Positions 15,730 to 22,925 of a DNA stretch of 38,172 nt are shown piece by piece; the first letter of the stretch is position 1, and every line of letters starts with the position of its first letter. Position numbers and translations under genes: made by a program. The DNA lies in IMG/VR virus record IMGVR_UViG_3300005077_000048, positions 1 to 38,172 of that record; one strand, written 5' to 3'. Origin of the DNA: a virus. The notes under the pieces were generated by a model. It worked only from the letters and a program-made list of their open reading frames with translations, was not told the origin of the DNA and searched no databases.

Positions 15730-15813
15730 TGGACCAGCGAGGAGTCGAACCTCGGACCTCCCATCCCCGTCCTATCGGTCGGGGTGGGTGCTCTACCGTT
15801 GAGCTACTGGACC
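15730..15813 (-). tRNA. tRNA-like gene with canonical acceptor/D/T arms but a non-canonical 29-nt anticodon arm (no assignable anticodon)
   Basis: GGTCCAG-TA-GCTC-AACGGTA-GAGC-A-CCCACCCCGACCGATAGGACGGGGATGGG-AGGTC-CGAGG-TTCGACT-CCTCG-CTGGTCC-A. One U3-U70 mismatch. Confidence 0.6.
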
Positions 15814-15933
15814 AATCGGAGGGCTTGGGTTCCCTCCGACCGCCGGGGATTCTCTCCCCAAAATTAGCATGCATACTACCTGTCCTTGCGAACAGGAATG
15901 GAGGACCGATTACTCAGTCCCCCTACCTAGTCA

Positions 15934-16185
15934 CTAGGCTCCTGTCACCCCACTTTCGTTAGGCTGGGTTGATCGCGGGTCGTTGAGGACGAGCCCTTTG
16001 ATTGCCCACATTGCGCTCGTCTCGAGCTCAGTGATTGCCACTGAACGCTCTCGGCTTGCTGGCAATGACAGTAGGAACTTGTGCACTGCAGTGTATGCAT
16101 CGCGAGTCTCCTGAATCAGCGGAAGCATTTCATCTGCTGGCTTGAAGTACCCGAATGGATTCACTGGTGTTGCTTTGTCATCCAT
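15934..16185 (-). CDS. Hypothetical small helical protein, 83 aa
   Basis: ORF with CATATG start. Helix SVAITELETSAMWAIKGLV resembles a motif I recall from small phage nucleotide-sponge-like proteins (unverified). Confidence 0.55.
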   Translation of the reverse strand: MDDKATPVNPFGYFKPADEMLPLIQETRDAYTAVHKFLLSLPASRERSVAITELETSAMWAIKGLVLNDPRSTQPNESGVTGA

Positions 16186-16223
16186 ATGCGTGTGCGTTAG
16201 TTAATAATCCTGCTCCGGCTTTC

Positions 16224-16274
16224 GGGCAGGCCCCCGGGGACGAGTGCACTCGTTTGTTCCCCAGGAGTCTGCCC
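16224..16274 (-). other. Long GC-rich compound stem-loop in the 97-nt spacer
   Basis: Outer GGGCAG/CTGCCC, inner GGGGA/TCCCC and palindrome CGAGTGCACTCG. No U tract. Confidence 0.4.
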
Positions 16275-16282
16275 GTAAGCTG

Positions 16283-16603
16283 TCAGTTGCTGGCGTTTGC
16301 TGGCGGCTCCTCCTTCGGCTGGTCTGGCTCGAAGCCTGCGGCCTTCAGTGAGTTCTCTACCAGTGTATCAAGGTTCCTCTGTTTGTTTCTCTCTTGGATC
16401 ACCTGCCCCATGCGTCTCGTCTCCCTTTCGAGAAGCTCTTGGACGTATGTGATGGCGTCGTAGTCTTCCTGCTTTGCCACTGGCGGGATCGTCTTGCTGT
16501 TCATCGTGAGGTAGAAGAGGAAGTTCGAGAGCTCATGGTGGAGCGCTATCATCTTTGCCTGCACCTCTTCGGGTGTCATTGGCGGTTGTTCGTGTGTCGT
16601 CAT
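16283..16603 (-). CDS. Hypothetical protein, 106 aa (start MTTHEQPP)
   Basis: CATATG start at 16603 with an ATGA overlap to the upstream small ORF. The longer track ORF start (16732) is Arg-rich and overlaps that ORF. Confidence 0.55.
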   Translation of the reverse strand: MTTHEQPPMTPEEVQAKMIALHHELSNFLFYLTMNSKTIPPVAKQEDYDAITYVQELLERETRRMGQVIQERNKQRNLDTLVENSLKAAGFEPDQPKEEPPANASN

Positions 16604-16779
16604 ATGAGTTGTGTTGGATCTATTTTTTCGACCTTTATCGTTTGCCTCTGCATGAAGCGGAAGAGCCACCATGGGCACCACTTCGGCTTCGGCTTCAGGT
16701 ATTCCCCGATGCCTGCGAGGTAGCCGTTCCATATGCGCCTCTGCTCTCTCTTCATTGCTTTGATTTGTTTCTGTCCCAT
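16600..16779 (-). CDS. Unlisted small ORF, 59 aa (MGQKQIKAMKREQRRIWNGYLAGIGEYLKPKPKWCPWWLFRFMQRQTIKVEKIDPTQLI)
   Basis: Hand translation. ATG 16779 is 1 nt after the upstream stop, and its TGA overlaps the next ATG (ATGA). Just below the 60-aa track cut-off. Confidence 0.45.
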   Translation of the reverse strand: MGQKQIKAMKREQRRIWNGYLAGIGEYLKPKPKWCPWWLFRFMQRQTIKVEKIDPTQLI

Positions 16780-16780
16780 G

Positions 16781-17011
16781 TTATTGCGCTGTCGCGTTTT
16801 CTATTGCTTGGTTGATAATTGCGAGCTCTTGCGGCCCGAGATGCTGTCGGAGCACGTGCGTGTCATCCATCAGTATCTCGAAGAGCTTGCGTTCGGTGAT
16901 CATGAAGTCGCAGTCCTGGCACTCGTAGAGGGTCACCCTATCTTTCCTCGAGGCGAGGTCTCCCTCGCATTTCGGGCACTTCTTCCTGATCAGGTTCTGC
17001 CACTTCATCAT
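16781..17011 (-). CDS. Zinc-ribbon protein, 76 aa
   Basis: CPKC...17 aa...CQDC. ATGA overlap with the methylase stop at 17008-17011. Confidence 0.6.
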   Translation of the reverse strand: MMKWQNLIRKKCPKCEGDLASRKDRVTLYECQDCDFMITERKLFEILMDDTHVLRQHLGPQELAIINQAIENATAQ

Positions 17012-17772
17012 AGCTTCTCCGCTTGTTTCCCCGTTAAGGTTTCCCAGCGTTCGATGATTGTTTGGCAGTACCCCGGGTCCAGTTCGACCATGATGCACTT
17101 TCGGCCGAGGTGCTCGCTCGCGATGAGCGTTGATCCGCTTCCTCCGAATGGATCGTATACCACCTCGCCCGCCCGGGTGTTGTTCGGGATGATCTTGCGG
17201 AGGAGTCCTACCGGCTTCATCGTCGGGTGGAGCTTCGAGCTCGCTGGCTTCGGGTGGAAGATGACGCTCTTCGACTTCGGTCTGTTCATCTTGTGCCGTC
17301 CGTGCCAGCAGTACGCCGCCACTTCATGCATCGGGAGATAGTCCTTTCGGCCCACCACGACGCTGTTCTTCACCCATATGAGCATCTGGCTGTAATAGTA
17401 TCCAGCCTTGTCGATGCCGTTGCGGAGCGCTCGGAACATCACGTCGCTGTTGAAGATGTAGCAGGCGTTGTATGTGTCGAGGAACGGCTTGACCGCATTC
17501 ATCCAGTCGGCCGTGAAGATGGCATACTCTTCCTCGGTCTGCAGGTGGTCGTTCATGATCACCTTCACGTTCTCCTTGCCGAGCTTGGAGAAGTCTTTCT
17601 TGCCTTCGACGTATGCCACGCCGTATGGCGGGTCAGTCAGGATCATGCGGACCTTTCCTGGTGCGTGCTTCATCACCCCAGCCACGAAGGCTTCGTCGGT
17701 CGATGATCCGCATGCGAGGATGTGGTCCCCTAGCTTCCATGCTTCCCCTGGTTGTACGTTTTTCTTGTTCAT
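17008..17772 (-). CDS. DNA N6-adenine/N4-cytosine methyltransferase (beta class), 254 aa
   Basis: ILTDPPYGVAY (motif IV), then C-terminal VYDPFGGSGSTLIA (motif I). Start MNKKNVQ with an ATGA overlap to the C5-methylase stop. Confidence 0.85.
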   Translation of the reverse strand: MNKKNVQPGEAWKLGDHILACGSSTDEAFVAGVMKHAPGKVRMILTDPPYGVAYVEGKKDFSKLGKENVKVIMNDHLQTEEEYAIFTADWMNAVKPFLDTYNACYIFNSDVMFRALRNGIDKAGYYYSQMLIWVKNSVVVGRKDYLPMHEVAAYCWHGRHKMNRPKSKSVIFHPKPASSKLHPTMKPVGLLRKIIPNNTRAGEVVYDPFGGSGSTLIASEHLGRKCIMVELDPGYCQTIIERWETLTGKQAEKL

Positions 17773-18755
17773 TGCTTTGGTATGTGGCTGATAATGTGAC
17801 GCACCACTTCGACGTTGAATGCGTTTCCTATTGCGCTGATGCGATGCGACTTTGGGAATCCGTCCGTGTATCCGTCCGGCAGTGACTGCAGGCGCTCGCA
17901 CTCTACTGCAGTCAGAGGTCTCACCTCTCCTCTGCTGATGTCGACGCTGTCTCCTTCCTCAGCAATCGCGTATCCTTTCTTAGTTGCCTCTCGGACCACG
18001 AGCCTTCCATCATCGAGCAGTCCTAGGAATGGGCCGTCCGTGAAGTAGAGTCCGGTCTTGTTTCCTCCCGGGTGGCTTGGAAGCGAGACTGCCTTCCCTT
18101 CGATTGAGTAGATCCTGGATCCCTGTCCTCCGTTCGTATTCTTCAGCACGCCGAGCCTGATTGGTTTTAGTGACTTTGCTCTCTCTTCAGTTAGCTCTCC
18201 GTCTTCGAGTATGTGCTTCAGCATTATTCCCCGGTCCTCCGGTAGTGTGACTCCCGGGATGTTGGTCCAGAATAGGCGCCTCCTGCTTTGTGCCGATACG
18301 AGCGCCGCGTCTATCATGATTGGCTGTACCCCGAGCTCTTCGCTGATGCGGTCTTTGTATACCTGCTTCATGCTTGCCACGTTCTCGAGTATGAACCACT
18401 TCGGCTTCGTCTCTCTTAGAATGCGGAGGTACTCATAAAACAGCGACGACCTTTCTCCCTCCAGTCCTTTGCCGTCTGTCTTTGCCCGGGATAGGTCTTG
18501 GCATGGAGAGCCTCCAATAAGAAGGTCAATGTCATTCAGTGAGTGAGCGATGTCTCGCAGGTATGGTGCACTCGGCATGTTGCGCTTCACGTTTCGAACG
18601 TCTCCCAATTGAATAATTTCAGGCCAGTTCCTTTTCGACATCTCGATTGGTCGTGGTTCTATTTCGCTTGCGTAGTATGCTTCCACCTCGATTCCCGCTC
18701 GATCGAGTGCCACTCTTGCACAACTTATTCCATCAAAAAGTGAGAGGATTTTCAT
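17769..18755 (-). CDS. DNA (cytosine-5)-methyltransferase, 328 aa
   Basis: LSLFDGISC (motif I), GGSPCQDLS (IV), ENV (VI), AQSRRRLFW (VIII), AIGNAFNV (X). Confidence 0.9.
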   Translation of the reverse strand: MKILSLFDGISCARVALDRAGIEVEAYYASEIEPRPIEMSKRNWPEIIQLGDVRNVKRNMPSAPYLRDIAHSLNDIDLLIGGSPCQDLSRAKTDGKGLEGERSSLFYEYLRILRETKPKWFILENVASMKQVYKDRISEELGVQPIMIDAALVSAQSRRRLFWTNIPGVTLPEDRGIMLKHILEDGELTEERAKSLKPIRLGVLKNTNGGQGSRIYSIEGKAVSLPSHPGGNKTGLYFTDGPFLGLLDDGRLVVREATKKGYAIAEEGDSVDISRGEVRPLTAVECERLQSLPDGYTDGFPKSHRISAIGNAFNVEVVRHIISHIPKQ

Positions 18756-19183
18756 ATGTTTTCTTCTTTGATTAGCCTCTCTGCTTCATCGTAGCTCATC
18801 ACGTTGCCGTAGAGGAAGCTCGAGAGGTCTTTGGCACAGTGCCGGAGTATCGCCTTGCGCGTCTGTCTGTTCACGTTCTCGAGGCACCATTTGTATTGCG
18901 TTCGGTATGCCTCGAGCTCCTGGCTTATGCGGAAGTCGACGTCTTCCATGTAGCGCTTCCACCATGCCTCTGGTCCTCCCGGGTATGCGCCATGCTGTCG
19001 CACGTGCACGAGCTCGTGGACCAAGAGGTCCTCGTCCATCGGTTCCCTGAAGCTCTGGTGGATCGTGTCGCCGTATACCATGACCACCTTTCCGTCTTCC
19101 CACTTCACACCCCATGCCTTCCGTACCTCTGGGTATATCGGCGGCGGGTTGTATGCGATTTTGTGAGGCGTGTCGTGCGTCAT
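18752..19183 (-). CDS. HExxH protein, putative zinc metallopeptidase, 143 aa
   Basis: LLVHELVHVRQH motif. No family assignment possible by eye. Confidence 0.45.
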   Translation of the reverse strand: MTHDTPHKIAYNPPPIYPEVRKAWGVKWEDGKVVMVYGDTIHQSFREPMDEDLLVHELVHVRQHGAYPGGPEAWWKRYMEDVDFRISQELEAYRTQYKWCLENVNRQTRKAILRHCAKDLSSFLYGNVMSYDEAERLIKEENI

Positions 19184-19185
19184 GG

Positions 19186-19821
19186 CTATGCGTTGAGTAG
19201 CTTCTTATAAATCTCGTGCGTGAGCTCGACGTCTCCCAGCGCTCGGTGCTGTGTGATTCCCGCCCGATCCACTCCGAGCTCTTCACAGCAGATCGCCACG
19301 TTGTACTTCACCCCCTTGGCGAAGGTGTTCATCACGCGGTCTGCCCAGTCCTTGAAGGTCTCGTTCCATCGGCGTGGCATGTCGAGCTTCCCCGCCTTCA
19401 CGAAGACTGCGGTGTCGATCGCGTTGCGATAGAGCTGTTCGAGGAACTCTTTGTGCTGGCCGACGGTCCATCCGAATGTCTTGGCGACGTGGTATGCCAG
19501 CCACTCGATGTCGAATCGCATGCCGTTGTGGGTCAGGTGCGCTCCGTCCTGGTTCGAGAGCAGGAGGTCTAGGAACTCGGTCATTGCCTGCTTCGGGTCC
19601 TTTCCTTCTACGGCGATGAGCTCTGCCGTGATGCCGGTGATCTCCGTGATGTTCGCGGGGATCTCGATGCCGTGGTTGAGCACCCAGCTCTTGCGCTCCA
19701 CGATCTGGCCGTCGTGGACCGTCGCGCATCCTATCTCTAGGATCTTGCACGTCTCCTTCTCGAGACCCGATGTCTCGAGGTCCCAGACTAGGTATGTGGT
19801 TGGGTAATGTAGTTTGTTCAT
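19186..19821 (-). CDS. DnaQ-like DEDDh 3'-5' exonuclease, 211 aa
   Basis: Exo I VWDLETSGL, Exo II HNGMRFDIEWL, Exo III HRALGDVELT. Confidence 0.85.
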   Translation of the reverse strand: MNKLHYPTTYLVWDLETSGLEKETCKILEIGCATVHDGQIVERKSWVLNHGIEIPANITEITGITAELIAVEGKDPKQAMTEFLDLLLSNQDGAHLTHNGMRFDIEWLAYHVAKTFGWTVGQHKEFLEQLYRNAIDTAVFVKAGKLDMPRRWNETFKDWADRVMNTFAKGVKYNVAICCEELGVDRAGITQHRALGDVELTHEIYKKLLNA

Positions 19822-19831
19822 GCTCCGTTTG

Positions 19832-21076
19832 TTATTGCTTCTTTGCTTTTTTATTAGTGAACTCCTCCCAGCGTCGGATCATCACATCCACCATGACGGG
19901 GTCCTTCTCCATCACGAATGCCTTTCGCTTCAGCTGTTCGCACGCGATGATGGTCGAGCCCGAACCTCCGAAGAGGTCCATGACGTTGTGGCCCGGCGCC
20001 GTGCACCGCTTCAGCGGTTTCTCGAACAGGGTCACCGGCTTCTGGTACTGGTAGTCGTAGGCGTCCTTGCGGTCGCTCTTGTCGATCCAGATGCTGAGGT
20101 ATTCCCAGACGTCTTCCTGTATCTGGTTGCCCGAGTCGATCTCCTTGTTCAGGATCTCGGAGAGGTGCTTGATGCCTGTGTTTATAAATGGCTTGCCGCG
20201 CGTCCCGTAGACGACCGGCTCGTATGCTTTGTTGAATGCGTTCTTCGGCGTCACCTGCATGTCGGCCTTGATCCATAGGAGGACCCGCTCGCTCTTCAGC
20301 TTTCGCTCTCGCATCAGTGTCTGCAGGAGCCAGATGTCTTTCTCTTGGCACCAGTAGAACATGTGGCAGTTTGGCTTTGCGTAGACGAGCGCGTTCTCAA
20401 TGCTCTTGTCGATGAATGCCGCGAAGTCTCCGAGCTCCTTCTTCTCCTTCGTCGGAGGTAGGATGTGGCCCTCGTTCTTCAGCGTGAGCGGTGGGTCGTT
20501 GAATACCATGTCGGCATGCGCCTTGCCCATGAGGGCATGCACCTGCTCGATGTTGGTTGCGTCTCCGCACATGAGGCGGTGCTCTCCGAGCTGGTAGATG
20601 TCTCCGTTCTTCGCCTTCGGGTTCTTGATGTCCTTGATCGCGCGGCCAGTGTTGAAGCTGTCGTCGATCACGTCCACGTCATCGAAGAATACCTGCAGGT
20701 CTTCGTCTCCGAATCCCACGTCGAGGAGAAGGTCGAGCCCCATTTCTCGGAGCTTCTCTTGGTCCCAGCTTCCTACGTTCTTGTTGAGACGGAGGTTCAG
20801 GCGCTTCTCTTCGGCGATCGTGAGCTCCCTTGATGGGACCATCACGTCCACTTCTTCGATGCCCTTCTTGGTGTAGAGGCGGGTTCGCTGGTGGCCGCCG
20901 ATGAGTACGTCCTTTCGCTTGCCGATGTTCACCACCACTGGAATGACCGCGCCGAATTCAGCGATGCTCTCTTCGAGGTCTCGCTCTTCTTGTTCGGTCA
21001 TCTTGCGCGGGTTGTAGTCGGCCGCGATGAGGTCGGCTACCTTGCGCTTTTCAATTGTCCAGTTTAGGTTTTTCAT
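19832..21076 (-). CDS. ParB-like nuclease domain fused to an N6/N4 DNA methyltransferase, 414 aa
   Basis: N-terminal ADYNPRKMT...LIGGHQRTR (ParB N-terminal type). MVFNDPPL (motif IV variant). VMDLFGGSGSTIIACEQL (motif I). Confidence 0.85.
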   Translation of the reverse strand: MKNLNWTIEKRKVADLIAADYNPRKMTEQEERDLEESIAEFGAVIPVVVNIGKRKDVLIGGHQRTRLYTKKGIEEVDVMVPSRELTIAEEKRLNLRLNKNVGSWDQEKLREMGLDLLLDVGFGDEDLQVFFDDVDVIDDSFNTGRAIKDIKNPKAKNGDIYQLGEHRLMCGDATNIEQVHALMGKAHADMVFNDPPLTLKNEGHILPPTKEKKELGDFAAFIDKSIENALVYAKPNCHMFYWCQEKDIWLLQTLMRERKLKSERVLLWIKADMQVTPKNAFNKAYEPVVYGTRGKPFINTGIKHLSEILNKEIDSGNQIQEDVWEYLSIWIDKSDRKDAYDYQYQKPVTLFEKPLKRCTAPGHNVMDLFGGSGSTIIACEQLKRKAFVMEKDPVMVDVMIRRWEEFTNKKAKKQ

Positions 21077-21624
21077 TGCGTTTTTATTCCCCCTTCGATT
21101 TCTCCTTCAGTGTCTCTTCCTTGATCATCGCTTCCAACGTCTCGAGTCTCATCTGGTCGAGCGTCAGTCCTTCCTGCATCTCCTTCATTCGCATCCGCAC
21201 TGTCACCGCTTTCGGCGTCAGCGTGTCGAGGTCCGGCGTCACTGTCAGCACTCGGTCCGGGTCCTCCTTCATCATCACTTCGAGCATCTTCACGCTCACT
21301 TCCCTGTTCAGCGTTTTCTCCAGCTGATCGTTTCGGAGGGAGACCAAGGTCTCCAATCGGGTCTTTTGTTCCATACTTTTGATTTAGTGTTAGCTTGTTC
21401 TTTTGATAAAAGGCGAGGATCAGTTGCTCCGATTCGAGTCGGGTGCGCGTGTCCTCTACCAGCTTTTCCCGCTCCTTCTCTTCGAAGGCTTCGGTCCAGC
21501 CGTAATACTTCATGAGCTCCTCGGCCGTGGCCGTCTCATGGAAGTGTAGCTGGAAGAGCGTGTTCGCGATGTTGCGGATCATCGTCTCTTCTAGCTTATG
21601 AAATTGGTATCTGATTGTTGTCAT
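21073..21624 (-). CDS. Hypothetical protein starting at 21624 whose frame has no stop until 21073 (C-terminal 100 codons overprint 21084..21374)
   Basis: ATGA-coupled start at 21624. Good codon pattern to about 21375, then an A/T-rich third-position, Asp/Gly/Arg-rich tail. The true 3' end is uncertain. Confidence 0.4.
   Translation of the reverse strand: MTTIRYQFHKLEETMIRNIANTLFQLHFHETATAEELMKYYGWTEAFEEKEREKLVEDTRTRLESEQLILAFYQKNKLTLNQKYGTKDPIGDLGLPPKRSAGENAEQGSEREDARSDDEGGPGPSADSDAGPRHADAESGDSADANEGDAGRTDARPDETRDVGSDDQGRDTEGEIEGGIKTQ
21084..21374 (-). CDS. Hypothetical helical protein, 96 aa (or C-terminal part of a frameshifted/fused product)
   Basis: Codon third positions are G/C-rich like the rest of the genome. 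Stops lie immediately upstream in this frame. Weak ribosome-binding context. Confidence 0.55.
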   Translation of the reverse strand: MEQKTRLETLVSLRNDQLEKTLNREVSVKMLEVMMKEDPDRVLTVTPDLDTLTPKAVTVRMRMKEMQEGLTLDQMRLETLEAMIKEETLKEKSKGE

Positions 21625-22211
21625 GGCGTTTGTGTGGTGTCGCTTTCTTCTTCGATCGCAAGCCCGGCGACGTCGGCTGTGCGACCGTTTTCCTTCTCCC
21701 ATTCCTCGATCGTCTTCCTGCGGAGCTTGCGCCCCGCTTTGTTTCCGATCGAGTACATCGACCTGAAGATGTTCCCTGCGGATCCGTTGAGTGCGGCCAT
21801 CTCGTTCATCCGCGTCATCGCCTCTCGGTTCCTCGCGTGCTCTTCGGGAGTCATCGGACGGTTCTTCTCCGCGTCCTCTGCCTCCTTTCGTTTGCGTTCC
21901 TGCTCGCGATAGTATTCCGCTTTGCACTGGCACTCTCCCTTCTTCAGGTGCCACTTGCCGTATGAGCACTGCCACTCTCCGCTCTTCACTCTACAGAGGT
22001 CCGTGTATTGCTGGTGGTTGTATACCGCCTCGACCTCTGCCGTGTTGATCGTGATGTTGCCGAGCTCTTTGATGCGGATGAAACTATGCCCCGCTTGGTT
22101 GGCGAGGTGTTCGCTCATCTTGTCTCCGGTCTCTCCCGTCACCCAGTGGATGAGACCGCTCTTCATGAGGATGATTTTCTTTTCTTCGTATTGCGTAAGT
22201 TCGTTTGTCAT
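21621..22211 (-). CDS. Hypothetical Cys-containing protein, 196 aa
   Basis: CATATG start with an ATGA overlap to the upstream stop. GEWQCSYGKWHLKKGECQC. No family recognised. Confidence 0.55.
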   Translation of the reverse strand: MTNELTQYEEKKIILMKSGLIHWVTGETGDKMSEHLANQAGHSFIRIKELGNITINTAEVEAVYNHQQYTDLCRVKSGEWQCSYGKWHLKKGECQCKAEYYREQERKRKEAEDAEKNRPMTPEEHARNREAMTRMNEMAALNGSAGNIFRSMYSIGNKAGRKLRRKTIEEWEKENGRTADVAGLAIEEESDTTQTP

Positions 22212-22903
22212 ATGGTTGCTCCAGCTCCCGATCCTTTCTTCGGACCGTTGCCGTTATATTTGCCCGCCTTCGACAGCCAAGTGTAGAGGCGTCGCTTCAC
22301 CTCGAATGTCGGCTTGGTTTCCCAGAGGCGCTTCTTCCCGCTCTTGGTCGGCTCGGTCCAGTAGAGGTAGAACTTTCTGACCTCTGCGAGGATTGCTTCC
22401 CTCGGCGCTCCCGTGGCCTGCACGATCTCGTCGATGATCTTGTCGCGGTATACACTCACCGCTCCCTTCTCCGCGAAGAAGTCCCTCGCTATCTCTCCTG
22501 GTGTCGGTTCGACCGTCTTCTCATCGAAGACCTCCGGCAGTCGTGCGGCTTCCTCTGCGGCTCTCTCTTCTTGGATCTGCTTTTTTGTTTTTTTCTCTTC
22601 AGGTTGGAATGCGCCCTTAGTCATGTGGACGCAGGTTTTTATTTCCTTGCGTCGAGTGCGCTCCTTGTCTTCGTATAGTCGTAGGATGAAGCCGTGCTTT
22701 TCGAGTCTCTCGAGCGAGGCCCCGATTGTGCGCTCCTTGAGGCACGCTACTTCGGCGATGGTTGCATTCGAGGCGGTGCATTTTTCACCGCGCATTCGTT
22801 CGAACCAGTAAACGACAGCGTATACATCGCTGTCGCTCGGTCTGAGTCCTTTGCATGCGTGTACCTCGTATGGCTTTATTAAAAAATCTGGTTTGTAGTT
22901 CAT
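22208..22903 (-). CDS. Winged-helix replication-initiator-like DNA-binding protein, 231 aa
   Basis: N-terminal LRPSDSDVYAVVYWFERMRGEKCTASNATIAEVACLKERTIGASLERLEKHGFILR matches the HTH_36-type wHTH seen in phage/plasmid initiators. GGAGC 4 nt from the ATG. Confidence 0.6.
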   Translation of the reverse strand: MNYKPDFLIKPYEVHACKGLRPSDSDVYAVVYWFERMRGEKCTASNATIAEVACLKERTIGASLERLEKHGFILRLYEDKERTRRKEIKTCVHMTKGAFQPEEKKTKKQIQEERAAEEAARLPEVFDEKTVEPTPGEIARDFFAEKGAVSVYRDKIIDEIVQATGAPREAILAEVRKFYLYWTEPTKSGKKRLWETKPTFEVKRRLYTWLSKAGKYNGNGPKKGSGAGATI

Positions 22904-22925
22904 AATGCTCCGAGAGTCGATTGCT

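Noticed and set aside
15730-15813. The tRNA-like gene, and the T-arm remnant at 5001-5019, as a phage attachment site (attP) marking a temperate lifestyle.
   Set aside because: I found no tyrosine or serine recombinase, excisionase or repressor cassette anywhere in the genome. The 15.7-kb element also carries both tRNA halves rather than only a 3' core.
17008-17901. N-terminally extended versions of several track ORFs (17008..17901, 14821..15459, 27405..29000, 15543..15764, 16283..16732, 23894..24373, 8616..9161, 30889..31188, 31179..32300).
   Set aside because: The extensions overlap the preceding gene, a tRNA-like gene or a promoter/terminator, and are Arg/Ser/Pro-rich. Internal ATGs give stop-start coupling (often ATGA) and begin exactly where the domain-bearing sequence starts.
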